Assembly: GCA_964016885.1 (NCBI GenBank)
Contig: OZ024740.1
Location: forward strand, 423,646,001-423,710,000
Direction of reading: 5' to 3'
DNA length: 64,000 nucleotides
Source: Eledone cirrhosa
Lineage: Eukaryota
Below are positions 1 through 15,000 of the stretch, in pieces (the stretch's first letter is position 1; the number at the start of each line of letters is the position of its first letter). A program made the translations under genes and the position numbers. Below the pieces are notes generated by a model that saw only the letters and a list, made by a program, of their open reading frames with translations, did not search any database and was not told the origin of the DNA.

Positions 1-3000
1 CTGTAGTGGTATTGACTAATGTAGTCCAATCTAATTCTATATAAGACTGTAGTGGTATTGACTAATGTAGTCCAATCTAATTCTATATAGGACTGTAGTG
101 GTATTGACTATGTACTCCAATCTAACTCTATATAAGACTGAAGTGGTACTGGCTAATGTACTCCAATCTAATTCTATATAAGACTGTAGTGGTATTGACT
201 AATGTACTCCAATCTAATTCTATATAAGACTGTAGTGGTATTGACTAATGTAATCCAATCTAATTCTATATAAGACTGTAGTGGTATTGACTAATGTAGT
301 CCAACCTATTTCTATATAAGACTGTAGTTGTATTGACTAATGTAGTCCAATCTAATTCTATATAAGACTGTAGTGGTATTGACTAATATACTCCAATCTA
401 ATTCTATATAAGACTGTAGTGGTATTGACTAATGTAGTCCAATCTAATTCTATATAAGACTGTAGTGGTATTGACTATGTACTCCAATCTAACTCTATAT
501 ATGACTGAAGTGGTACTGGCTAATGTACTCCAATCTAATTCTATATAAGACTGTAGTGGTATTGACTAATGTAGTCCAAACTAATTCTATATAAGACTGT
601 AGTGGTATTGATTAATGTAGTCCAATCTAATTCTATATAAGACTGTAGTGGTATTGACTAATATACTCCAATCTAATTCTATATAAGACTGTAGTGGTAC
701 TGACTAATGTAGTCCAATCTAATTCTATATAAGACTGTAGTGGTATTGATTAATGTACTCCAATCTAATTCTATATAAGACTGTAGTGGTATTGATTAAT
801 GTACTCCAATCTAATTCTATATAAGACTGTAGTGGTATTGACTAATGTACTCCAATCTAATTCTATATAAGACTGTAGTGGTACTGACTAATGTACTCCA
901 ATCTAATTCTATATAAGACTGTAGTGGTATTGATTAATGTAGTCCAATCTAATTCTATATAAGACTGTAGTGGTATTGACTAATGTACTCCAATCTAATT
1001 CTATATAAGACTGTAGTGGTACTGACTAATGTAGTCCAATCTAATTCTATATAAGACTGTAGTGGTATTGATTAATGTACTCCAATCTAATTCTATATAA
1101 GACTGTAGTGGTATTGATTAATGTACTCCAATCTAATTCTATATAAGACTGTAGTGGTATTGACTAATGTACTCCAATCTAATTCTATATAAGACTGTAG
1201 TGGTACTGACTAATGTACTCCAATCTAATTCTATATAAGACTGTAGTGGTATTGATTAATGTAGTCCAATCTAATTCTATATAAGACTGTAGTGGTATTG
1301 ACTAATGTACTCCAATCTAATTCTATATAAGACTGTAGTGGTACTGACTAATGTACTCCAATCTAATTCTATATAAGACTGTAGTGGTATTGACTAATGT
1401 AGTCCAATCTAATTCTATATAAGACTGTAGTGGTATTGACTAATGTACTCCAATCTAATTCTATATAAGACTGTAGTGGTACTGACTAATGTAGTCCAAT
1501 CTAATTCTATATAAGACTGTAGTGGTATTGACTAATGTACTCCAATCTAATTCTATATAAGACTGTAGTGGTACTGACTAATGTAGTCCAATCTAATTCT
1601 ATATAAGACTGTAGTGGTATTGACTAATGTACTCCAATCTAATTCTATATAAGACTGTAGTGGTACTGACTAATGTAGTTCAATCTAATTCTATATAAGA
1701 CTGTAGTGGTATTGACTAATGTAGTCCAATCTAATTCTATATAAGACTGTAGTGGTATTGACTAATGTACTCCAATCTAATTCTATATAAGACTGTAGTG
1801 GTACTGACTAATGTACTCCAATCTAATTCTATATAAGACTGTAGTGGTATTGACTAATGTACTCCAATCTAATTCTATATAAGACTGTAGTGGTACTGAC
1901 TAATGTACTCCAATCTAATTCTATATAAGACTGTAGTGGTATTGACTAATGTACTCCAATCTAATTCTATATAAGACTGTAGTGGTACTGACTAATGTAC
2001 TCCAATCTAATTCTATATAAGACTGTAGTGGTATTGACTAATGTAGTCCAATCTAATTCTATATAAGACTGTAGTGGTATTGATTAATGTACTCCAATCT
2101 AATTCTATATAAGACTGTAGTGGTATTGACTAATGTAGTCCAATCTAATTCTATATAAGACTGTAGTGGTATTGACTAATGTAGTCCAATCTAATTCTAT
2201 ATAAGACTGTAGTGGTATTGATTAATGTACTCCAATCTAATTCTATATAAGACTGTAGTGGTATTGACTAATGTAGTCCAATCTAATTCTATATAAGACT
2301 GTAGTGGTATTGACTAATGTACTCCAATCTAATTCTATATAAGACTGTAGTGGTATTGACTAATGTACTCCAACCTATTTCTATATAAGACTGTAGTGGT
2401 ATTGACTAATGTACTCCAACCTATTTCTATATAAGACTGTAGTGGTATTGACTAATGTAGTCCAATCTATTTCTATATAAGACTGTAGTGGTATTGACTA
2501 ATGTACTCCAACCTATTTCTATATAAGACTGTAGTGGTATTGACTAAAGTAGTCCAATCTAATTCTATATAAGACTGTAGTGGTATTGACTAATGTAGTC
2601 CAACCTATTTCTATATAAGACTGTAGTGGTATTGACTAATGTAGTCCAACCTATTTCTATATAAGACTGTAGTGGTATTGACTAATGTACTCCAACCTAT
2701 TTCTATATAAGACTGTAGTGGTATTGACTAATGTAGTCCAATCTAATTCTATATAAGACTGTAGTGGTATTGACTAATGTACTCCAATCTAATTCTATAT
2801 AAGACTGTAGTGGTATTGACTAATGTACTCCAATCTAATTCTATATAAGACTGTAGTGGTATTGACTAATGTAGTCCAATCTAATTCTATATAAGACTGT
2901 AGTGGTATTGACTAATGTACTCCAACCTAATTCTATATAAGACTGTAGTGGTATTGACTAATGTACTCCAATCTAATTCTATATAAGACTGTAGTGGTAT

Positions 3001-6000
3001 TGACTAATGTAGTCCAATCTAATTCTATATAAGACTGTAGTGGTATTGACTAATGTAGTCCAATCTAATTCTATATAAGACTGTAGTGGTATTGACTAAT
3101 GTACTCCAATCTAATTCTATATAAGACTGTAGTGGTATTGACTAATGTACTCCAATCTAATTCTATATAAGACTGTAGTGGTATTGACTAATGTACTCCA
3201 ACCTAATTCTATATAAGACTGTAGTAGTATTGACTAATGTAGTTCAATCTAATTCTATATAAGACTGTAGTGGTATTGACTAATATACTCCGATCTAATT
3301 CTATATAAGACTGTAGTGGTATTCACTAATGTACTCCAATCTAATTCTATATAAGACTGTAGTGGTATTGACTAATGTAGTCCAACCTATTTCTATATAA
3401 GACTGTAGTGGTATTGACTAATGTAGTCCAACCTATTTCTATATAAGACTGTAGTGGTATTGACTAATGTACTCCAACCTATTTCTATATAAGACTGTAG
3501 TGGTATTGACTAATGTAGTCCAATCTATTTCTATATAAGACTGTAGTCGTATTGACTAATGTAGTCCAATCTAATTCTATATAAGACTGTAGGGTATTGA
3601 CTAATGTACTCCAATCTAATTCTATATAAGACTGTAGTGGTACTGACTAATGTAGTCCAATCTAATTCTATATAAGACTGTAGTGGTATTGACTAATGTA
3701 CTCCAATCTATTCCTATATAAGACTGTAGTGGTATTGACTAATGTACTCCAATCTATTTCTATATATGACTGTAGTGGTATTGACTAATGTACTCCAATC
3801 TAATTCTATATATGACTGTAGTGGTATTGACTAATGTACTCCAATCTAATTCTATATAAGACTGTAGTGGTATTGACTAATGTACTCCAATCTAATTCTA
3901 TATAAGACTGTAGTGGTATTGACAAATGTAGTCCAATCTAATTCTATATAAGACTGTAGTGGTATTGACTAATGTACTCCAATCTATTTCTATATAAGAC
4001 TGTAGTGGTATTGACTAATGTACTCCAATCTATTTCTATATAAGACTGTAGTGGTATTGTCTAATGTAGTCCAATCTAATTCTATATAAGACTGTAGTGG
4101 TATTGACTAATGTACTCCAATCTATTTCTATATAAGACTGTAGTGGTATTGACTAATGTACTCCAATCTATTTCTATATAAGACTGTAGTGGTATTGACT
4201 AATGTAGTCCAATCTAATTCTATATAAGACTGTGGTGGTATTGACTAATGTACTCCAATCTATTTCTATATAAGACTGTAGTGGTATTGACTAATGTAGT
4301 CCAATCTATTTCTATATGAGACTGTAGTGGTATTGACTAATGTACTCCAATCTAATTCTATATGAGACTGTAGTGGTATTGACTAATGTACTCCAATCTA
4401 ATTCTATATAAGACTGTAGTGGTATTGACTAATGTACTCCAATCTAATTCTATATAAGACTGTAGTGGTATTGACTAATTTAGTCCAATCTAATTCTATA
4501 TAAGACTGTAGTGGTATTGACTAATGTAGTCCAATCTAATTCTATATAAGACTGTAGTGGTATTGACTAATATACTCCAATCTAATTCTATATAAGACTG
4601 TAGTGGTATTGTCTAATGTACTCCAATCTAATTCTATATAAGACTGTAGTGGTATTCACTAATGTAGTCCAATCTAATTCTATATAAGACTGTAGTGGTA
4701 TTCACTAATGTACTCCAATCTAATTCTATATAAGACTGTAGTGGTATTGACTAATGTAGTCCAATCTAATTCTATATAAGACTGTAGTGGTATTCACTAA
4801 TGTACTCCAATCTAATTCTATATAAGACTGTAGTGGTATTCACTAATGTACTCCAATCTAATTCTATATAAGACTGTAGTGGTATTGACTAATGTAGTCC
4901 AATCTAATTCTATATAAGACTGTAGTGGTATTCACTAATGTACTCCAATCTAATTCTATATAAGACTGTAGTGGTATTGACTAATGTAGTCCAATCTAAT
5001 TCTATATAAGACTGTAGTGGTATTCACTAATGTACTCCAATCTAATTCTATATAAGACTGTAGTGGTATTGACTAATGTAGTCCAATCTAATTCTATATA
5101 AGACTGTAGTGGTATCGACTAATATACTCCAATCTAATTCTATATAAGACTGTAGTGGTATTCACTAATGTACTCCAATCTAATTCTATATAAGACTGTA
5201 GTGGTATTGACTAATGTAGTCCAATCTATTTCTATATAAGACTGTAGTGGTATTGACTAATATACTCCAATCTAATTCTATATAAGACTGTAGTGGTATT
5301 GACTAATGTAGTTCAATCTAATTCTATATAAGGCTGTAGTGGTATTGACTAATATACTCCAATCTAATCCTATATTAGACTGTAGTGGTATTGACTAATG
5401 TACTCCAACCTAATCCTATATTAGACTGTAGTGGTATTGACTAATGTAGTCCAATCTAATTCTATATAAGACTGTAGTGGTATTGACTAATATACTCCAA
5501 TCTAATTCTATATAAGACTGTAGTGGTATTGACTAATGTAGTCGAACCTATTTCTATATAAGACTGTAGTGGTATTGACTAATGTAGTCCAACCTATTTC
5601 TATACAAGACTGTAGTGGTATTGACTAATGTAGTCCAATCTAATTCTATATAAGACTGTAGTGGTATTGACTAATGTACTCCAATCTAATTCTATATAAG
5701 ACTGTAGTGGTATTGACTAATGTAGTCCAATCTAATTCTATATAAGACTGTAGTGGTATTGACTAATGTAGTCCAATCTAATTCTATATAAGACTGTAGG
5801 GTATTGACTAATGTACTCCAATCTAATTCTATATAAGACTGTAGTGGTACTGACTAATGTAGTCCAATCTAATTCTATATAAGACTGTAGTGGTATTGAC
5901 TAATATACTCCAATCTAATTCTATATAAGACTGTAGTGGTATTGTCTAATGTACTCCAATCTAATTCTATATAAGACTGTAGTGGTATTGACTAATGTAG

Positions 6001-9000
6001 TCCAATCTAATTCTATATAAGACTGTAGTGGTATTCACTAATGTACTCCAATCTAATTCTATATAAGACTGTAGTGGTATTGACTAATGTAGTCCAATCT
6101 AATTCTATATAAGACTGTAGTGGTATTCACTAATGTACTCCAATCTAATTCTATATAAGACTGTAGTGGTATTCACTAATGTACTCCAATCTAATTCTAT
6201 ATAAGACTGTAGTGGTATTGACTAATGTAGTCCAATCTAATTCTATATAAGACTGTAGTGGTATTCACTAATGTACTCCAATCTAATTCTATATAAGACT
6301 GTAGTGGTATTGATTAATGTAGTCCAATCTAATTCTATATAAGACTGTAGTGGTATTCACTAATATACTCCAATCTAATTCTATATAAGACTGTAGTGGT
6401 ATTCACTAATGTACTCCAATCTAATTCTATATAAGACTGTAGTGGTATTGACTAATGTAGTCCAATCTATTTCTATATAAGACTGTAGTGGTATTGACTA
6501 ATATACTCCAATCTAATTCTATATAAGACTGTAGTGGTATTGACTAATGTAGTTCAATCTAATTCTATATAAGGCTGTAGTGGTATTGACTAATATACTC
6601 CAATCTAATCCTATATTAGACTGTAGTGGTATTGACTAATGTACTCCAACCTAATCCTATATTAGACTGTAGTGGTATTGACTAATGTAGTCCAATCTAA
6701 TTCTATATAAGACTGTAGTGGTATTGACTAATATACTCCAATCTAATTCTATATAAGACTGTAGTGGTATTGACTAATGTAGTCCAACCTATTTCTATAT
6801 AAGACTGTAGTGGTATTGACTAATGTAGTCCAACCTATTTCTATACAAGACTGTAGTGGTATTGACTAATGTAGTCCAATCTAATTCTATATAAGACTGT
6901 AGTGGTATTGACTAATGTACTCCAATCTAATTCTATATAAGACTGTAGTGGTATTGACTAATGTAGTCCAATCTAATTCTATATAAGACTGTAGTGGTAT
7001 TGACTAATGTAGTCCAATCTAATTCTATATAAGACTGTAGGGTATTGACTAATGTACTCCAATCTAATTCTATATAAGACTGTAGTGGTACTGACTAATG
7101 TAGTCCAATCTAATTCTATATAAGACTGTAGTGGTATTGACTAATGTACTCCAATCTATTCCTATATAAGACTGTAGTGGTATTGACTAATGTACTCCAA
7201 TCTATTTCTATATATGACTGTAGTGGTATTGACTAATGTACTCCAATCTAATTCTATATATGACTGTAGTGGTATTGACTAATGTACTCCAATCTAATTC
7301 TATATAAGACTGTAGTGGTATTGACTAATGTAGTCCAATCTAATTCTATATAAGACTGTAGTGGTATTGACTAATGTACTCCAATCTATTTCTATATAAG
7401 ACTGTAGTGGTATTGACTAATGTACTCCAATCTATTTCTATATAAGACTGTAGTGGTATTGTCTAATGTAGTCCAATCTAATTCTATATAAGACTGTAGT
7501 GGTATTGACTAATGTACTCCAATCTATTTCTATATAAGACTGTAGTGGTATTGACTAATGTACTCCAATCTATTTCTATATAAGACTGTAGTGGTATTGA
7601 CTAATGTAGTCCAATCTAATTCTATATAAGACTGTGGTGGTATTGACTAATGTACTCCAATCTATTTCTATATAAGACTGTAGTGGTATTGACTAATGTA
7701 GTCCAATCTATTTCTATATGAGACTGTAGTGGTATTGACTAATGTACTCCAATCTAATTCTATATGAGACTGTAGTGGTATTGACTAATGTACTCCAATC
7801 TAATTCTATATAAGACTGTAGTGGTATTGACTAATGTACTCCAATCTAATTCTATATAAGACTGTAGTGGTATTGACTAATTTAGTCCAATCTAATTCTA
7901 TATAAGACTGTAGTGGTATTGACTAATGTAGTCCAATCTAATTCTATATAAGACTGTAGTGGTATTGACTAATATACTCCAATCTAATTCTATATAAGAC
8001 TGTAGTGGTATTGTCTAATGTACTCCAATCTAATTCTATATAAGACTGTAGTGGTATTGACTAATGTAGTCCAATCTAATTCTATATAAGACTGTAGTGG
8101 TATTCACTAATGTACTCCAATCTAATTCTATATAAGACTGTAGTGGTATTGACTAATGTAGTCCAATCTAATTCTATATAAGACTGTAGTGGTATTCACT
8201 AATGTACTCCAATCTAATTCTATATAAGACTGTAGTGGTATTCACTAATGTACTCCAATCTAATTCTATATAAGACTGTAGTGGTATTGACTAATGTAGT
8301 CCAATCTAATTCTATATAAGACTGTAGTGGTATTCACTAATGTACTCCAATCTAATTCTATATAAGACTGTAGTGGTATTGACTAATGTAGTCCAATCTA
8401 ATTCTATATAAGACTGTAGTGGTATTGACTAATATACTCCAATCTAATTCTATATAAGACTGTAGTGGTATTGTCTAATGTACTCCAATCTAATTCTATA
8501 TAAGACTGTAGTGGTATTGACTAATGTAGTCCAATCTAATTCTATATAAGACTGTAGTGGTATTCACTAATGTACTCCAATCTAATTCTATATAAGACTG
8601 TAGTGGTATTGACTAATGTAGTCCAATCTAATTCTATATAAGACTGTAGTGGTATTCACTAATGTACTCCAATCTAATTCTATATAAGACTGTAGTGGTA
8701 TTCACTAATGTACTACAATCTAATTCTATATAAGACTGTAGTGGTATTGACTAATGTAGTCCAATCTAATTCTATATAAGACTGTAGTGGTATTCACTAA
8801 TGTACTCCAATCTAATTCTATATAAGACTGTAGTGGTATTGACTAATGTAGTCCAATCTAATTCTATATAAGACTGTAGTGGTATTCACTAATGTACTCC
8901 AATCTAATTCTATATAAGACTGTAGTGGTATTGACTAATGTAGTCCAATCTAATTCTATATAAGACTGTAGTGGTATTGACTAATATACTCCAATCTAAT

Positions 9001-12000
9001 TCTATATAAGACTGTAGTGGTATTCACTAATGTACTCCAATCTAATTCTATATAAGACTGTAGTGGTATTGACTAATGTAGTCCAATCTATTTCTATATA
9101 AGACTGTAGTGGTATTGACTAATGTACTCCAACCTAATCCTATATTAGACTGTAGTGGTATTGACTAATGTAGTCCAATCTAATTCTATATAAGACTGTA
9201 GTGGTATTGACTAATATACTCCAATCTAATTCTATATAAGACTGTAGTGGTATTGACTAATGTAGTCCAATCTAATTCTATATAAGACTGTAGTGGTATT
9301 GACTAATATACTCCAATCTAATTCTATATAAGTCTGTAGTGGTATTCACTAATGTACTCCAATCTAATTCTATATAAGACTGTAGTGGTATTGTCTAATG
9401 TACTCCAATCTAATTCTATATAAGACTGTAGTGGTATTGACTAATGTAGTCCAATCTAATTCTATATAAGACTCTAGTGGTATTGACTAATGTAGTCCAA
9501 TCTAATTCTATATAAGACTGTAGTGGTATTGACTAATGTAGTCCAATCTAATTCTATATAAGACTGTAGTGGTATTGACTAATGTAGTCCAACCTATTTC
9601 TATATAAGACTGTAGTGGTATTGACTAATGTACTCCAACCTATTTCTATATAAGACTGTAGTGGTATTGACTAATTTAGTCCAATCTAATTCTATATAAG
9701 ACTGTAGTGGTATTGACTAATGTAGTCCAATCTAATTCTATATAAGACTGTAGTGGTATTGACTAATGTATTCCAATCTAATTCTATATAAGACTGTAGT
9801 GGTATTGACTAATGTAGTCCAATCTAATTCTATATAAGACTGTAGTGGTATTGACTAATGTACTCCAATCTAATTCTATATAAGACTGTAGTGGTATTGA
9901 CTAATGTACTCCAACCTAATTCTATATAAGACTGTAGTGGTATTGACTAATGTAGTCCAATCTAATTCTATATAAGACTGTAGTGGTATTGACTAATGTA
10001 TTCCAATCTAATTCTATATAAGACTGTAGTGGTATTGACTAATGTAGTCCAACCTAATTCTATATAAGACTAGTGGTATTGACTAATGTAGTCCAATCTA
10101 TTTCTATATAAGACTGTAGTGGTATTGACTAATGTACTCCAACCTAATCCTATATTAGACTGTAGTGGTATTGACTAATGTAGTCCAATCTAATTCTATA
10201 TAAGACTGTAGTGGTATTGACTAATATACTCCAATCTAATTCTATATAAGTCTGTAGTGGTATTCACTAATGTACTCCAATCTAATTCTATATAAGACTG
10301 TAGTGGTATTGTCTAATGTACACCAATCTAATTCTATATAAGACTGTAGTGGTATTGACTAATGTAGTCCAATCTAATTCTATATAAGACTCTAGTGGTA
10401 TTGACTAATGTAGTCCAATCTAATTCTATATAAGACTGTAGTGGTATTGACTAATGTAGTCCAATCTAATTCTATATAAGACTGTAGTGGTATTGACTAA
10501 TGTAGTCCAACCTATTTCTATATAAGACTGTAGTGGTATTGACTAATGTACTCCAACCTATTTCTATATAAGACTGTAGTGGTATTGACTAATTTAGTCC
10601 AATCTAATTCTATATAAGACTGTAGTGGTATTGACTAATGTAGTCCAATCTAATTCTATATAAGACTGTAGTGGTATTGACTAATGTAGTCCAACCTATT
10701 TCTATATAAGACTGTAGTGGTATTGACTAATGTAGTCCAACCTATTTCTATATAAGACTGTAGTCGTATTGACTAATGTAGTCCAATCTAATTCTATATA
10801 AGACTGTAGTGGTATTGACTAATGTACTCCAATCTAATTCTATATAAGACTGTAGTGGTATTGACTAATGTACTCCAATCTAATTCTATATAAGACTGTA
10901 GTGGTATTGACTAATGTAGTCCAACCTATTTCTATATAAGACTGTAGTGGTATTGACTAATGTAGTCCAACCTATTTCTATATAAGACTGTAGTGGTATT
11001 GACTAATGTACTCCAATCTAATTCTATATAAGACTGTAGTGGTACTGACTAATGTAGTCCAATCTAATTCTATATAAGACTGTAGTGGTATTGACTAATG
11101 TAGTCCAATCTAATTCTATATAAGACTGTAGTGGTACTGACTAATGTAGTCCAATCTAATTCTATATAAGACTGTAGTGGTATTGACTAATGTACTCCAA
11201 CCTAATTCTATATAAGACTGTAGTGGTATTGACTAATGTAGTCCAAACTAATTCTATATAAGACTGCAGTGGTACTGACTAATGTACTCCAACCTAATTC
11301 TATATAAGACTGTAGGGTATTGACTAATGTACTCCAATCTAATTCTATATAAGACTGTAGTGGTATTGACTAATGTAGTCCAATCTAATTCTATATAAGA
11401 CTGTCGTGGTATTGACTAATGTATTCCAATCTAATTCTATATAAGACTGTAGTGGTATTGACTAATGTAGTCCAATCTAATTCTATATAAGACTGTAGTG
11501 GTATTGACTAATGTAGTCCAATCTAATTCTATATAAGACTGTAGTGGTATTGACTAATGTACTCCAATCTAATTCTATATAAGACTGTAGTGGTATTGAC
11601 TAATGTACTCCAATCTAATTCTATATAAGACTGTAGTGGTATTGACTAATGTACTCCAACCTAATTCTATATAAGACTGTAGTGGTATTGACTAATGTAC
11701 TCCAATCTAATTCTATATAAGACTGTAGTGGTATTGACTAATGTACTCCAACCTAATTCTATATAAGACTGTAGTGGTATTGACTAATGTAGTCCAATCT
11801 AATTCTATATAAGACTGTAGTGGTACTGACTAATGTACTCCAATCTAATTCTATATAAGACTGTAGTGGTACTGACTAATGTAGTCCAACCTAATTCTAT
11901 ATAAGACTGTAGTGGTATTGACTAATGTACTCCAATCTAATTCTATATAAGACTGTAGTGGTATTGACTAATGTACTCCAATCTAATTCTATATAAGACT

Positions 12001-15000
12001 GTAGTGGTACTGACTAATGTACTCCAATCTAATTCTATATAAGACTGTAGTGGTATTGACTAATGTAGTCCAATCTAATTCTATATAAGACTGTAGTGGT
12101 ATTGACTAATGTACTCCAATCTAATTCTATATAAGACTGTAGTGGTATTGACTAATGTAGTCCAATCTAATACTATATAAGACTGTTGTGGTACTGACTA
12201 ATGTAGTCCAACCTAATTCTATATAAGACTGTAGTGGTATTGACTAATGTACTCCAATCTAATTCTATATAAGACTGTAGTGGTATTGACTAATGTACTC
12301 CAATCTAATTCTATATAAGACTGTAGTGGTATTGACTAATGTACTCCAATCTAATTCTATATAAGACTGTAGTGGTACTGACTAATGTAGTCCAATCTAA
12401 TTCTATATAAGACTGTAGTGGTATTGACTAATGTAGTCCAATCTAATACTATATAAGACTGTTGTGGTACTGACTAATGTAGTCCAACCTAATTCTATAT
12501 AAGACTGTAGTGGTATTGACTAATGTACTCCAATCTAATTCTATATAAGACTGTAGTGGTATTGACTAATGTACTCCAATCTAATTCTATATAAGACTGT
12601 AGTGGTATTGACTAATGTACTCCAATCTAATTCTATATAAGACTGTAGTGGTATTGACTAATGTAGTCCAAACTAATTCTATATAAGACTGTAGTGGTAT
12701 TGACTAATGTACTCCAATCTAATTCTATATAAGACTGTAGTGGTATTGACTAATGTACTCCAATCTAATTCTATATAAGACTGTAGTGGTATTGACTAAT
12801 GTAGTCCAATCTAATTCTATATAAGACTGTAGTAGTATTGACTAATGTAGTCCAATCTAATTCTATATAAGACTGTAGTGGTATTGACTAATGTACTCCA
12901 ATCTAATTCTGTATAAGACTGTAGGGTATTGACTAATGTACTCCAATCTAATTCTATATAAGACTGTAGTGGTATTGACTAATGTAGTCCAATCTAATTC
13001 TATATAAGACTGTAGTGGTATTGACTAATGTAGTCCAATCTAATTCTATATAAGACTGTAGTGGTATTGACTAATGTAGTCCAATCTAATTCTATATAAA
13101 ACTGTAGTGGTATTGACTAATGTAGTCCAATCTAATTCTATATAAGACTGTAGTGGTATTGACTAATGTAGTCCAATCTAATTCTATATAAGACTGTAGT
13201 GGTATTGACTAATGTAGTCCAATCTAATTCTATATAAGACTGTAGTGGTATTGACTAATGTAGTCCAATCTAATTCTATATAAGACTGTAGTGGTATTGA
13301 CTAATGAACTCCAATCTAATTCTATATAAGACTGTAGTGGTATTGACTAATGTAGTCCAATCTAATTCTATATAAGACTGTAGTGGTATTGACTAATGTA
13401 GTCCAATCTAATTCTATATAAGACTGTAGTGGTATTGACTAATGTAGTCCAATCTAATTCTATATAAAACTGTAGTGGTATTGACTAATGTAGTCCAATC
13501 TAATTCTATATAAGACTGTAGTGGTATTGACTAATGTAGTCCAATCTAATTCTATATAAGACTGTAGTGGTATTGACTAATGTAGTCCAATCTAATTCTA
13601 TATAAGACTGTAGTGGTATTGACTAATGTAGTCCAATCTAATTCTATATAAGACTGTAGTGGTATTGACTAATGAACTCCAATCTAATTCTATATAAGAC
13701 TGTAGTGGTATTGACTAATGTAGTCCAATCTAATTCTATATAAGACTGTAGTGGTATTGACTAATGTAGTCCAATCTAATTCTATATAAGACTGTAGTGG
13801 TACTGACTAATGTAGTCCAATCTAATACTATATAAGACTGTTGTGGTACTGACTAATGTAGTCCAACCTAATTCTATATAAGACTGTAGTGGTATTGACT
13901 AATGTAGTCCAATCTAATTCTATATAAGACTGTAGTGGTATTGACTAATGTAGTCCAATCTAATTCTATATAAGACTGTAGTGGTATTGACTAATGTAGT
14001 CCAATCTAATACTATATAAGACTGTTGTGGTACTGACTAATGTAGTCCAACCTAATTCTATATAAGACTGTAGTGGTATTGACTAATGTACTCCAATCTA
14101 ATTCTATATAAGACTGTAGTGGTATTGACTAATGTACTCCAATCTAATTCTATATAAGACTGTAGTGGTATTGACTAATGTAGTCCAATCTAATTCTATA
14201 TAAGACTGTAGTAGTATTGACTAATGTAGTCCAATCTAATTCTATATAAGACTGTAGTGGTATTGACTAATGTACTCCAATCTAATTCTATATAAGACTG
14301 TAGGGTATTGACTAATGTACTCCAATCTAATTCTATATAAGACTGTAGTGGTATTGACTAATGTAGTCCAATCTAATTCTATATAAGACTGTAGTGGTAT
14401 TGACTAATGTAGTCCAAACTAATTCTATATAAGACTGTAGTGGTATTGACTAATGTACTCCAATCTAATTCTATATAAGACTGTAGTGGTATTGACTAAT
14501 GTACTCCAATCTAATTCTATATAAGACTGTAGTGGTATTGACTAATGTACTCCAATCTAATTCTATATAAGACTGTAGTGGTATTGACTAATGTAGTCCA
14601 ATCTAATACTATATAAGACTGTTGTGGTACTGACTAATGTAGTCCAACCTAATTCTATATAAGACTGTAGTGGTATTGACTAATGTACTCCAATCTAATT
14701 CTATATAAGACTGTAGTGGTATTGACTAATGTACTCCAATCTAATTCTATATAAGACTGTAGTGGTATTGACTAATGTAGTCCAATCTAATTCTATATAA
14801 GACTGTAGTAGTATTGACTAATGTAGTCCAATCTAATTCTATATAAGACTGTAGTGGTATTGACTAATGTACTCCAATCTAATTCTATATAAGACTGTAG
14901 GGTATTGACTAATGTACTCCAATCTAATTCTATATAAGACTGTAGTTGTATTGACTAATGTAGTCCAATCTAATTCTATATAAGACTGTAGTGGTATTGA

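Noticed and set aside
38-46. TATA box (TATATAAG) in every monomer
   Set aside because: Expected in an AT-rich repeat; there is no downstream gene or other promoter evidence.
13093-13102. Rare monomer variants matching the Helitron 5' end at each of its three mismatches (TATAAAACTG at 13093, CTGTGGTGG near 4231, GTAGTTGT near 14942) as evidence of conversion
   Set aside because: They occur singly, never together, and with ~1,370 monomers most single substitutions are expected by chance.
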